A DNA stretch of 64,000 bases from Octopus sinensis (GCF_006345805.1 NC_043014.1:45322001-45386000), one strand, 5' to 3'. Numbered from the stretch's first letter, positions 1 to 13,154 are shown. The notes: generated by a model from the letters alone, not told the origin. Made by a program: numbers and translations.

Positions 1-119
1 GGGTTCGGTCCCACTGCATGGCACCTTGGACAAGTGTCTTCTACTATAGCTTCGGGCCGACCAAAGCCTTGTGAGTGGATTTGGTAGACGGAAACTGAAA
101 GAAGCCCGTCGTATATATG

Positions 120-174
<55 letters not shown>

Positions 175-385
175 TAGTGTGTCTGTGTTTGTCCCCCCCA
201 ACATCGCTTGACAACCAAAGCTGGTGTGTTTATGTCCCCGTAAATTAGCGGTTCGGCAAAAAGAGACCAATAGAATAAGTACTAGGCTTACAAAGAATAA
301 GTCCTGGGGTTGATTTGCTCGACTAAAGGCGGTGCCCCAGCATGGCTGCAGTCAAATGACTGAAACAAGTAAAAGAGTAAAGAGA
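1..385 (+). mobile_element. SINE family A (tRNA-derived, CORE-like segment, internal (TA)n/(TG)n), 5' end cut by window edge
   Basis: GGTTCGGTCCC B-box, GCACCTTGGACAAGTGTCTTCT segment and GTAAAAGAG tail; near-identical to more than 10 other copies in the window. Confidence 0.9.
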
Positions 386-697
386 TTAACTACATACATC
401 ATAGTATGATGGTCTATAAATAGAAAGTTGTATATGTAAAAGATAAAAGGCCAGCATGAATAGCCAGAAAAAAAGTTAGTAATGTCTAACAAATGAACTA
501 ATTGAGTCTGCTCTACTATTCTCTCAGTATATTGCTTAGCAGTTTCTGAACTCAAATATTTCTTCTGATTTATCCAAAGTAGCCAAGAAGGTGACCAATA
601 CCATATTTGGCTATGTCACTTCAGATCAATGACCTGACCAAATCTCTCACCACCAACCCCCAGAGGTTTACTCAGCAGCTTCATACTGCAACCTTAA

Positions 698-913
698 CCC
701 TATAGTGTTCGCATTATTCTGCCAAAATTAATGCTCTTTTATCCAAATTGTTTTGAACTAATCATGCATTATCTTGTAGCTATGAGATTTTGATGAGGTA
801 GCTATTAATTTTTAAAACAATATTGTAGGGATGGTGTGAGAGGCCACATCCAGCCAGTTTGACCATAAAACAGGCAGAATACTTTTGGCCGGATATGGCC
901 GGTTTAAATACAA
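698..913 (-). mobile_element. piggyBac-type MITE family P1, one end eroded
   Basis: TTAA-CCCTATAGTGTTC terminus; reverse complement aligns by eye to 1146-1367 and to the outer element at 20836-21282. Confidence 0.7.
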
Positions 914-1145
914 ATAACATTATCTGCAACAATTAGAAGACAACTAACATTTCCAATGGGGCCACATTGACATACCCTTGAAATGCCTACAAGATGACCA
1001 CAAAAATGTCTTTGTACATCACATGGTTGCAAAATTCCCTTCCACACATATTGCTGATGGCTCTCCTAGTTTCTAGTCAAGAGTGCTTCTACTAACTTTC
1101 ATAATCTTCCTACACACTGTTTCACATCCAAGATTACTTTGTTAA

Positions 1146-1367
1146 TCCTTTAGCGTTTAAACCAGCCAAATCCGGCTCAAATATTTTACATGTTTTACAT
1201 TCAAAAGGCCATATTTAACCTCTCACACCTAACCTACACTAACATTCTGAAAATAAATAATCACATCATTGAAACCTCAAAGCTATGACATAATGCATAA
1301 TTAATTCAGAACAGTTTGAATAAAAAAAAGTATTACATTTCACAGAATAACCTGAACACTTAAAGGG
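1146..1367 (+). mobile_element. piggyBac-type MITE family P1
   Basis: TTAA at 1142-1145 and 1368-1371; termini TCCTTTAGCGTT...AACACTTAAAGGG. Confidence 0.8.
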
Positions 1368-1675
1368 TTAAACATCACTCCTAAAGCTAAAGCCATATAT
1401 TTCCTGCTTGTTTTACTCCCTAGTCCACATTACGCACACAAAAGTAAAAGTTATCCAGAAGTCACTCTTTCAACTCCACTTGTCTCACCATCATATGCAT
1501 ATACTTCAAACAGACACTCTTGAGACATAACAAGTACTCACCAAACTCTCCAGTCTATCTGTCTCTGGAGATTTACCATACATTAATGATATCTCGAAAT
1601 CTAAGTCAGTAAGGCAACTTTGAGCAGGTTAAGTGATTACATGGAAATTATTTAGCTTATTCCCTCCTGTTATGA

Positions 1676-2235
1676 CTCCTAGCTCCAAGGGAGTCTCTAC
1701 ATGGTCGTTTAAACTGCTGGAAATAGCAGCCAAGTCTACCTTAAAATACTTCTTGCTGTCTAAAAAAGAAAAAAACACCCTCGGGTATGCAATACTACAT
1801 ATGTTATACCTTAGGGTTAGGTTAGGGTTAGGGTTAGGGTTGGTCATGGCTAGAGTGCTTTTAATTACATGTCTGCTTAACCAAAGCTGACCTAGGGCTA
1901 AGCAACAGTTTACATCTATGCTTGAGAAAAGCATGAACCTCACACAGTTTCATATCCCTTGCTCCTAGTTTCAAGGGAGTTTCTACATGGTCATTTAAAC
2001 TGCTGGAAATAGCAGCCAAGTCTACCTTAAAATACTTCTTGCTGTCTAAAAAAGAAAAAAACACCCTTGGGTATGCAACCCTACATATGTTATACCATAA
2101 AAAGAAGCAAGAAATGGTCATGGCTAGAGTGCTTTTAATCTGTCTGCTTAACAAAAGCTGACCTAGGGCTAAACAACAGTTTACAACTATACTTGAGAAA
2201 AGCATGAACCTCACACAGTTTCATTTCCCTTGCTC
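1676..2235. repeat. Tandem duplication (286 bp + 274 bp) of an interspersed repeat; copy 1 carries a (TTAGGG)n patch
   Basis: 1676-1961 aligns to 1962-2235 at high identity except 1811-1840 versus 2097-2114. Confidence 0.95.
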
Positions 2236-5041
2236 TTTGAATCTGGACTTGTGTCCCTATGTAAGAAATCAATATTATAGGTAATTACTTTTTCCCTCTT
2301 TGTTGGAAGTAGGAATCCTGAACTGCAAATTAGAAATGTCTCTTTCATTGTCCAAAGCTCCTATCTCCAATATTTATTATATGTGTCTACATCGCCAGCT
2401 GTTTTGCCACATTTAAAAACATGTTAAGCTTTAATGCATTAATTGCTATTATGCTGATCTTAATTCCTTCACAAAATACAGAATGCAATCAATATTTTTT
2501 GAACAAAAACTAAAATTTTAAAAAATAAATAAATTACTATTAAATCAATATGAATGAATTTCATAATTTATTAACATTATATCATTATACCAAACTATAC
2601 TTTGAACAAGCTACAATCATTATCCTTCCCATTTTGTTTTGCTCTTTAACAGGTTATTTTTACTAATTATAAATACCAACTCAATCTACATTTGCAGAAC
2701 AATCCAATTTTATTACAAAAAAAAACTTGCAACAAAAACCATGCAAAAATTACATCTATCTTATTCCCCATAGAAAAAATAAATGGAAAATACTTTTTTG
2801 TAACCTTTGTAAATTATATTTATTTTATCATTTATGTATGATTCTACAAAATATAATTTACAAACTTACTTATATTATTTATGTACACAGTTCTGGGACT
2901 ACGTTTTCCTAATGCCTACTTTCTCCTTTAAACGTTTTTCATAAATATGATTTTTATTATCTAAAATATTCAACACGACATTAATAATATTTATTTTAAT
3001 ATTTCATTATTGGTTATACATTTCAGCCATTCTATTCCATACAATATTTTCAAAATTTGTTGACTCAAGATTATATAGCCTTACACAAACAAAACCACAA
3101 TAACAAACAAAATGATACATAAAATGTCAAGCAAGGGGCATTAGGGAATATGTACAATTCATGTCTCTGTAATTGAGAAATACTCTACTATGTGTGGAAT
3201 TCATACTGATTTCTACCATCTGGAAGTAATGTTAACTTCAGAAAAAAAAAAAGGAAGAAAAAGAAAACCTTATTTATGTTATTTACATCACTTCTGAAAC
3301 TATTCACTGCAGCTTCTGGAAAATAAACATCAAATAGCCTCTACAAAGACTACCCACCACAACCACCACCATCAAAGGGGGTGACTGCTGTTCCATTCAA
3401 TATTATTGGTTTTTATCAGCCTAGAACAAATATATGTTTGGGAATAAATGATGAGTTATTTTCACAAAGAAACCAGTCTAATAGAAGCCAAGGAATTTTT
3501 GAAAACTCTACCACAAGAAGTTCTTTAAAATAACCAGACAGTGTTTTAAAAATAATTTCCTTAAAACAATTTTTTTTCCATCTTTTTTTCTCTTATAAAT
3601 AAATCTGAATGAAACACACAATTATAATACTATTTGAAGCAAACTTTTTATCTCTATAATTCAAAAAACTATTCAACACTACCACCACCACCACCACCAC
3701 CACCTCTTCCTCAATTAAATGTCTTCATTCATGTTTTCATGCTAATTAGATAGAAGAGTTTTAAATATTTCTCATATATCTTAATTTTATTCCAGTAATT
3801 CCATCTTTTTCAAGTATACTCAAACAACAAGCTAACCCCCAACTATGTCTTCAATTCTCTGCCAGTTAGCAACAACCTGATCATACATTTCTTTAGATGT
3901 CAATACAATTCAAACTATTTCTCCTATAAGTAGATTCTTCTCCTTTCTCTCAAATTTACATTGCAATCTATCAGACTTCTTTTTTATTTCCTCTGCTGCC
4001 TTTTCAATTCTTTCATTTTTGCTATGATTTGCAACTCTAAAAAAAAAACAAAAAAAAAAACAAACACATTTCTCATACATGCTTTGCTATATACTTCTGT
4101 CAATAACAGTAGAATTCCTCCAAATTTCTTACAGCTACATTGATCTTTAGCATCAATACTGATTGTATCAACTCAATAACAGAACATATCTAGTCTTTTG
4201 CATAACAAAATATATCTAATATCTTAGTCTGTATCATAATTGTATGATCTGAAAGAATTCACAACCTACAATAAAGATATTGGTTTACTAACATTTTGAC
4301 TAAAAATCCTCCGCATTCATTTACTCATATTTGTGCCAACATTCTATTGGGAAACTATTCTTTTCCTGAGCAATGCTACAGCTAGCTGTATCTGGATTAT
4401 GTATGTAGGTCAGCCATGTTCACTCATAATTCCCTGCTTCCAAGTTTCAGACTTGTACAGATATTGGATTCTATAAAAATCTGCCTATTTGCATATAAGA
4501 ACTCCCAGGAGGAACCCACTGCTGAATTCCACCATTAGTACTTGAAGAGCAGAACACTGAACATCTGTAAATATTTATATGGTTACCGCATTCATTATAA
4601 GCTGGAATTTAAAATAAAGATATATTCATATATTGAAACCTCTTAAAATAGTTTGAATACTGATAGTGAGATTTTCTTCAAACAACAAATACCCTGAATA
4701 ACTTATAAAGATGAAGAGGGAGTTTACTTTATTAAACTGAAAGGTTCAGAACCAAGGTCAGAAATGTTATCTAGAAAATGCTTTTTTTATACAACAACAA
4801 CCTGTTGTTCAGTTTTACATTAACCACTTACTTTTACTCATAACTAAACTTTTAAAAAAGTGTAAATTCTCTTTCCTGACATCAATCTTTTCACCAGGAA
4901 TTTCTCTTTTTTGCATATTTTCGAAATATAATGATTTTCTTATTTGCAATCAAGAGTGAAACATTTTACCAGTCCAAGTGTTACTAATGGTTTGTAATTT
5001 TCTATAAAATAAATTAACATCCTTTTCTGCTTGACTGCAAT

Positions 5042-5172
5042 ATTTGATATTATTCTGATGTCTTCATATCTGAACTTGCAACTTGGAGTTATGGTTTAGC
5101 TTGACTGTATCAAGATAAATCATAACTCCAAGTTGCAAGTTCAAATATGAAGACACCAGAATTATACCAAAT
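5042..5172. repeat. Inverted repeat/hairpin, 63-bp arms, 5-nt loop
   Basis: 5042-5104 is the reverse complement of 5110-5172 with 6 mismatches; loop CTGTA. Confidence 0.95.
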
Positions 5173-6672
5173 CTATTCAGTTTACTAAAGATTAACTTGC
5201 AATTTTTATATTTCCAATATTTTAAATAGATGTTTTGCATTTTCCATGTTAGCATAGATGAATCTACAACTCTAGAGTTTGAGCAAATATTTAGATAAAC
5301 TTTTTTATACAAACTACTTTAACTATGGATTAGGTATAATGTTCATTTTCTGCTAGGATGATAAAAGCAGGTAATATATCTTTAGCTCACCAAAAAATAT
5401 TTATTGGCATTACAGCAGGGGTTTTTTCCATTCAAGCTACACTATTACTCCTATGTACTTTAATAATCTTCATCCTTTACAACTGTAATACTTATATAAT
5501 ACTCATTATTTGGAACTTTTAATTCAGTCTGAAATTCATTTATATCTCAATCACTGAAACAAGACCATGGTATAAATAATTTTATCAATGGATACGCCAA
5601 TAAAAAAACAAATGCAATACAGATAGCAGTGAACTGGATTATTTATGATTCATAATGATAGCTGCATGGGCTGAAACAATATGAGTTAAATGACTTAATT
5701 AGAGACAAAGTCTAGAGCCAATGACAGAATTCAAATCACCTGCCCTTTGGTTAATAGTTTAACACCATACCACTTCAATTAGCTGCAAGTAAACTGAAGA
5801 ATATTATCATCATCAACATCTTCATTTTTACAACTGCTTTCCATGCTGGCACAAGCTCAATGGTTAGGCAGGATCCAACAGTTTGGAGGGCCATGTCTTG
5901 CTTCAGTGTCTCTGTCTTGATAAAGTCTTTCTATAACTAGATACCCTTTAAAATGCCAACAACCTTACAGAGTGTACTGAGGGTTTTTTCATGGCACCAG
6001 CGTTAATGAAGTTGCCTTGTAACCCACAAGACAAGAGTATCCTTTTGTCTGAGAGGGAGAATAGAAGATCGCGTAGTTGTTTTATGTAAGGTGTTGATAG
6101 GTTAATGTACGATGGGAGGATTATGGGTAAATTTGTTATTGAAAAGATTCATGGTTACAGTGCATTTTACATGGGTAGGGGTGGCTGGAGTGATGTCACA
6201 AAATGAGATATATGCGGTGGTGACAAGGTGCCAGAACATACCCTCAAGCATGTCCAAGAAGGTGAACAGAAGAGAATCATCGGAGGGGGGGGGGTAAGAT
6301 TGCAAGGGGAGAATGAAAAACGGATGTAAACAAGGGGTGGAGGTGGTTAGATTTATAAGAGGTGAATATAGTGAATGGTAAGTAGGAGTGAGGGTGATTG
6401 ATAGTAAATATAGGAGTGAGGGTGATTGATAGTAAATATAAGTGTATGGAGGCAATGATTAGAAAGATAGATGGATGTTAATTAGAAGTAGCTCAGAAGA
6501 GAGTGAGTAGTGAGCAACAGTGCAGAAATGCTAATATGAAATGGTTTGTAGTAACAGATTCTAATTTCATTACTTACAGCAGCAGAATAATACAGTAGAT
6601 AGGAGAATGATGGAGAGATGTGGCAGAGAGATGAACATGGTATTTTTAAATATATGATACTATATAGTTTAA

Positions 6673-6887
6673 TCCTTTTAATACCAACCCACTTGAGATC
6701 ACTAGTTCTATGATGCAAATTCTTGTTTTCAAGTAATCTAAATTACTTTCCAACAAAATTTCATGTTAATCTATATTCCAAACACCAGCTTAATAACAAC
6801 AAAGTTACTTTGATAAATTCTTTATTATCTTCAAAATAAATTGAAACAAAAACAGTGTATTTCAAGAGAAATATAGCAACAAAAGTG
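6673..6887 (+). mobile_element. piggyBac-type MITE family P3 (degenerate)
   Basis: TTAA at both flanks; TCCTTTTAATACCAAC...GCAACAAAAGTG; similar to 19778-19977. Confidence 0.65.
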
Positions 6888-7495
6888 TTAAAAAATTCTA
6901 ATGTTCATAAAAATTAGAATCCCTTTCTGTAATGTAATTCTCTTTAACAAAACAGAGAGAGAAAAATTGTCTTTACATACCTATATTTTAAAGTTGTCTA
7001 CATAAATTTTTGAAGCACCTAATTTTTAAAAGCAATTTCTAGCTTTATATTTCATTTTGAAATTTTCTAAATGATAAAATGATTTCTTTCACTTAATGTA
7101 TGACAACCCTTTGGAGAAAAGAAAAAAGAAAAAAAAAATTCACTTCTATTTATCAAAGCAATATCTGAAAGTTATATTTTCTATCGCAAAATACCAAATA
7201 ATATAGCACATTCTCTCAAGACCTAAAAACTATCAGATTTTAATCTCTGTTTTACTTTATAACCTCGTATAAAAGGTGTGTAACATATTTATTATGTTGC
7301 TATGATATTTAAAACAGATGTTACTATATCTGAGCCATAAAATATTGTTGTTGTTATATTCTATCGTGAGCAGAAATGTTGTCAAACCACTCCAAAAGAA
7401 TTGGATTATAACCAAGTTTTATTAATTTAATATCTTTTCTTTATTTGCATTATTTTCCAAACAGAGGACTTTGGAACATATGTCTATCCTACTTT

Positions 7496-7797
7496 AGTTA
7501 GTTAGTTAGTTAGTTAATTTGGCTCAAAAGCAAATAGCAAGGCCATGTAGGGGGACATGGAGTTAAGTACAGGGTGGTGTTCATGTAAAGAGTTCAGGCC
7601 ACTTGAGGTCAAGGGAGGCTTTGAACAAAGCGGTCGTCGGCATCTTCACCATCTCGTCTGGCAGCTTGTTCCACGGATCCGCAACCCGGACGGAGAAAGC
7701 TCCTCTCCTTCGATTGAGATGAAATCGTCGCAGGTAGAGTTTTTCGGAATGACCCCGCAGCCGACGCTCTGGAGCAGGAGTGAAGAACAGCTCTTTT
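7496..7797 (-). mobile_element. 5'-truncated CR1-type LINE 3' end with (TAAC)n tail
   Basis: Minus frame reads RGHSEKL...RRGAFSVRVADPWNKLP...FKASLD, the typical CR1 ORF2 C-terminus; flanked by an imperfect ~30-bp direct repeat. Confidence 0.85.
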
Positions 7798-8392
7798 GAG
7801 AGGTTACTTTGGAACATATGAATGTCTATCCTAATACCTAGGATAGACAAAAGGTCTGTCTTTTGGATATTTTACTATTCTGAGAAAATTTTTTCTTGTA
7901 GTTACATTTTTTTTTTTTTCAGTAGGAAGTAGCACTGAATATAATAATGCCTCCTTCCCCAATAATAAAACAATGTTTGAATACATGAAAACAAATTTGA
8001 AAAAAGGGAGAACAGAATTCCAAACAAGATAAACAGGAAAAGCTGACAATGGAGTAAACAGATACACTCGATAGCAGAGGCATCCACAACTTGACACCTG
8101 GAAATGTAAATTTACATGACATAAGCAAAAAAACCAACAACAACAATGCACACTTACACAATATTAATAAAAGTTCTAACAAAAATTCCTTTGCTACTAT
8201 TACAAACCAGAGGCTGAGTCCAGTCGAAGAAAGAGCTATGGCAGCAGCATGTCAGAAAACAACGTGCATTCCTGCCTAAGGAATTTTTCCCAAACACAAG
8301 GAAAGAGGTAAGTAATACTTGCAAAAGTAGAGAGGGATTTGACAAAGCGGGCATTACTAATATCATTATTGTTGTTGAGGCAGTAACCAGAC

Positions 8393-8600
8393 AAAACTGT
8401 TAGCACGCTGGGTAAGGGCAAAATGCTTAGGGGTATTTCATATCTTTACAATCTGAGTTCAAATTCCACTGAGATCCACTTTACCTTTCATCCTTTCAGG
8501 GTCAATAAAATAAGTACCAGTTGAGAACTGGAGTCAATGTAATCAACTTACCCCCTCCCTTGAAAATTCTAACCTTGAGCCAAAATTTGAAACTAATATT
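8393..8600 (+). mobile_element. SINE family B (tail type 2), degenerate
   Basis: GAGTTCAAATTCC B-box, CTTTCATCCTTTC-GGGTCAATAAAATAAGTACCAG core and CCTTGAGCCAAAATTTGAAAC tail. Confidence 0.75.
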
Positions 8601-10389
8601 ATTATTATTGTTGTTGTTGCTGTTCTTTCTCACTGTGATTAGTTACATTTTCACAGAGATCTGTATAGAAGATATTTTCTTCTAGTGTTACCATTATGAA
8701 AAAGAAGTTCCTTTGGTTTGTTTTCTTTACTAATAAGAAATTACCTGGAGTAGAGGCATGTCTTTGGTAAGTTTTGAAAGTATTACATGTTTTGACATTT
8801 GCAAAATTTACATCTTGAAAGATGGCTAACTTAGAAGTGTCAGAGCAAGGTGCATGACAGCTGTACCATAAACAAACATATTCCCAAACTATTAACCAAA
8901 CCTACAGAAAACATAGAGCCTTACATATGCAGGACATAAAAATAAACAATTTTGGAAAGAAAAACAGATTTAATGAAAAAGAAAATGCAAAAAACCCCCA
9001 AAAACATGAATAATGATAGCAATACTCCATCATTTGTAGAGAAAACACTGAGGTGACTCAACTCAAAGGAAAGTACCTTTCTATTTCAAAATATGAAGCG
9101 AGCTTCCTCATGCACTCTAAAGAAGAGTTGGAGGAAATCCTGGCCAATATGTAGCAGAATATTTATTCCAATGATTGAGGCAGGGTTTATGGAAGTGAGT
9201 ATCAAGTTTTGAAGGCAAGGACAAAGCAAGGACAAAGCTTTAAAACAATTTTCTTTTGCTAGTGAAAATATCAACTGTTTCAAATAAAATGTCTATTAAA
9301 ATCTTATTCCTTAATTTAAAATTCAAATTTCTTATCCAGCAAAATATTAAGAAATTATATCTCTTGTAATAACTGTCCACTAGAGGGACAACACAGGTTT
9401 GAAAAACTATGACTGTGAATTTGAAACAATCCAATCAAATTGTTGAGGAACCTCAAGGTGTTATTTTTATAAAGATATGCTTCTTCCACTAAATAGTGAG
9501 GAATTACTACTATGAAATAGCAGCTTGAAACCAATATTTACATCTCAAAGAATATATAAGAGATGGCTTGTGAATTTTGTGTGTAGTTAGAACTAAAATA
9601 TTTACTAAGTGTCACCTGTATAACACTAAGAATTTTCTTAATCTTTTCTTTTAATTACTAAACTACCAATTCTCTATGAAGAAAAAGAAAAAAGAAAAAC
9701 ACACATTCCACAAATTTCTTGCAAACCATAATTATTTTCTATCTATAAGAAATATCTTATAAAATGCTTAATTAATACATTGTAAATTATACCATGCTGA
9801 CAATTTCTAAAAAGAATGAAATGCATGATTATCACTGACTACAAATTTTAAGAACTTCATAATATGTAAGAAAAAAATAAGAAAAATTGAATATGTGTAT
9901 TCTGTGCATTTTTCTCTTACTACTTAATTTGAAATTCAAATCTCTAATCTATCCAAATATTATGAAAAATTGATTATCTCCCTTGCAATAACTGCACGCA
10001 AACAACACGTGTTTATGAATATCCACCAAGTGGATAGAATATAAATTTGCTTAGAAAAATCTAAAAGGTTAAATTCCTGTCATAGTAAAACAAAAAAGAA
10101 AAAAGACCCCAAATCTCATTTATAATTTTTCTAAGGAACAAAAAAAATATGATAGCTTTTATTCTACAATGCACAATTATCTTTTTTTCAAGCGGTATTT
10201 TTTTTTCTAGTAGCATTGTTTTTAAACTAGATGTGGAAGCAACTCAAAGCTGACTGTTTGATGTTAATCATTTTGATGTTAACTAATCATTCATAACACC
10301 GGTAAAACAAGATAAAACGAATTAAAAAAACTTTGAAATAATGTTTGAAGGAAAGTTTTCCTGTTCTGTAAAGTGAATTTTGGATGTAT

Positions 10390-10396
10390 TCTAATC

Positions 10397-10427
<31 letters not shown>

Positions 10428-10497
10428 AATAATAACAATGATAATAATAATAATGATAATAATGATAATGATGAAGATGATAATAATAATGATGATG

Positions 10498-10529
<32 letters not shown>

Positions 10530-10533
10530 GATG
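10390..10533. repeat. Compound trinucleotide microsatellite grading from (ATA)n to (ATG)n
   Basis: Directly visible. Confidence 0.95.
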
Positions 10534-10985
10534 CAAAAACTGTTGACAATGCATAGAATGCACTGCCCTAAGGCAGATATAGAATGACTTTATCTGCCAA
10601 GAAAAGAGGGAGGCTGTGGACTTTTACAACTGGCACTAACAATGAAGATTGTTGCAATTGGCCTAGACACCCACCTGAAAAACTCTGAGAACTGGATGTT
10701 AAAACTTGTCTCAAAACATGAAAACAAGAAAGCATTATCATACTCAGTAACAAAACAGGCAAATGAATATCTAAGTGAATTCCAAATACAACAAATTCCA
10801 GAATTAGACATACTAGAAACAAGTGCAGAAAAAGCTAAGCGCATGAAAACCCGTGCTACACTGCTGCCTTAGATATTTTTACTGATAAATGGCAAGGAAT
10901 CCTTCTCAATGGCAAATACCCAAAGAGAGCGAATAATGTAGATGTTGACAAAGCCCTTACCCATCAATGGCTAATGGCTTCCACT
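10531..10985 (+). mobile_element. R4/Dong-like non-LTR retrotransposon ORF relic (post-RT region)
   Basis: Reads KLLTMHRMHCPKADIE*LYLPRKEGGCGLLQL then KW...GKYPKR...VDKALTHQWL; matches the HPKADIERLYLPRKEGGRGL motif recalled for R4-clade elements, with CpG-decay changes. Confidence 0.75.
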
Positions 10986-11889
10986 TTATGGATGGTGTTG
11001 TCATCATTGATGGAATGTGGTCATCCAGGAATAGGAGCAGTTTCTACTGATATCCGGCCACATTTGAACTGGCAATGCCAGTGCTACACTATGTCATATG
11101 ATGGCACATGGTGACCATAAACTTCTTTCATCTCATCGGAAGTCTCTTTTGGTGTACGACCTTTCAAGTATAAGAACCTGATCACTGATCTGCATTCAAC
11201 TGCCTCCTTTATAACACCTTAGTCCACTTCAGCAGCCATAAAAGACAAACAATTACTAGTGGAAAGCTGCAATTTACAATGTGACATGTAGAGACATATA
11301 TAATTATACCTGCACAAGTTCTGTTTCCTGCAATAACCGGAAGTGGGTCAGGAAATCTTTAATGAATACCCATCGTGCATAAGCTCCCTCTTTAGCTATT
11401 AACTTATATATGTTTGTTGGTGGGGAACATAGCTTCTAAATATTATCTGTATAGCCAACATTTAATGATATCACATGTATCTTGGTTATATAATAGGTAC
11501 ATCATATCCAAGCATGTTATAAAAGGAGATTAAAAGTGTTGGAAATAGGAGGAGTATCTAGCCATACAATACTGCTTCAGAAAACCTGCCCTTGCCAGCA
11601 GGGAAAAACAGATATAAAAAGATAACAGTGGCAGTAGCAGACACTATGACAATAGTGATGATGATGATGATGATGACCTACATTTCATAGATTCAAAGTA
11701 TGTTGATAATAAAATACATATTGCTAACATTTAAATGACCACCAAGAATATTGTTGATATTTACTTTCGTAAAGAGAAACAAATTAATTATTCTGATATA
11801 TTGAATCAAGATAAAACAAGCACTGTGAAGTTGGTGACATAGTTCTGCCATTTAATATTCATGCTCCATGAACTATAAACAACAGCCAA

Positions 11890-12450
11890 TCCTGGAGTGG
11901 CAACTAGATACTGCTTCATTGTAGGACATTTCGACTTCTCTATATTCCACTCTCAATGTCACCCAGCTCACTCACTGAACAGCAGTGTGCAGGTAAGAAT
12001 GCTTCACCAGCACATATACAAGGTGATGTGACATTTAGTTAACAACTTCAAAAATGCAATAAGATCACTTTGATCTGACAATCAACATTCAGAAAACCAG
12101 CTTGCATAACCTGCATCAACAAGACTTTCATATTTCAATATCATATGAAGACCCTTGTAAAACAGGTAGAGCATTTCCCCTGGAAATCTCTTCTCAATCC
12201 AATGCATCTTCCAGATGGATATGGAAAGTAGAATTCATGTTGCTTTCAGAAGATTATCTCAGCACATCTTCAGAAACATAAGCTTACAACAAACCCAAAT
12301 TTCAAACTTTGGGTGTATCAAGCTATCAACCATTTCAACCTTACACTACAGATTAAAAAGATGGACCCTGTATTGTCAAAGCATCAAGAAATTTAGGTGC
12401 TTTCAACAGCAGAATCTTCGATCAATCACAGGAAAAGTACAGATGATGAA
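11890..12450 (+). mobile_element. RTE-clade LINE RT relic
   Basis: SRIHVAFRRL...STL.Y....WTLY..SIKKF..FQQQNLRSI motifs, frameshifted. Confidence 0.7.
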
Positions 12451-13154
12451 AAAGTCAACCCTAATACTTGCATTTATTACCAGAAAGATGAAAGGCAAAG
12501 TTAAACTCCAGTGGGATTTTAAATTCATACTATAAAAAGATATAACTGAAATTTCTGCCAATAATGAATGAAAAAATTTTAATAAATTATTATATAACGT
12601 CATTTCTTAAATACACGGATAAACATTTTTCATAAAAAAAAGTATTAGTATTTACATCATCATTTCTCATCACAATTCCCATCTTGTATTGATTGAAAAA
12701 TCTATAACATTACTCATTTGTTCAAAGTGTCTTTAACTCTATGAGATCATACATAATTATTCAAAAACAACCTTTCTGTAACCCATCCCTTTGTATCGCA
12801 GAGCTGTATGTTTTGCTGATATCATCTATTACTGTTGTATAAACCAATCATGTTGTTTCTTTGGCATGAGAACACCATTCACATCCTTTTAACTTTTAAC
12901 TTGTGCAATTTGTTCAAAGTAATCTTATAAGCATTACAAAGCAATTATATTTTTTAATTATTAGCAGTACCAATAGAAATTCCATGGCTCATTTTGTGTG
13001 TCAGCCATAATAATATCCTAGCATTTCTTTCATAATGCATCAGCAAATTTCTTGCTGCTTACTTGAAAAGTACTGCATTGATTTAGTAAGTAAGTCTACT
13101 ACAGTTTGATAATAATTTAAATAAATTCAAACTGTAATACTAATGATATGTAAG

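Noticed and set aside
6382-6440. 29-bp tandem duplication (and a 20-bp one at ~35590-35630)
   Set aside because: Ordinary slippage duplications with no further structure.
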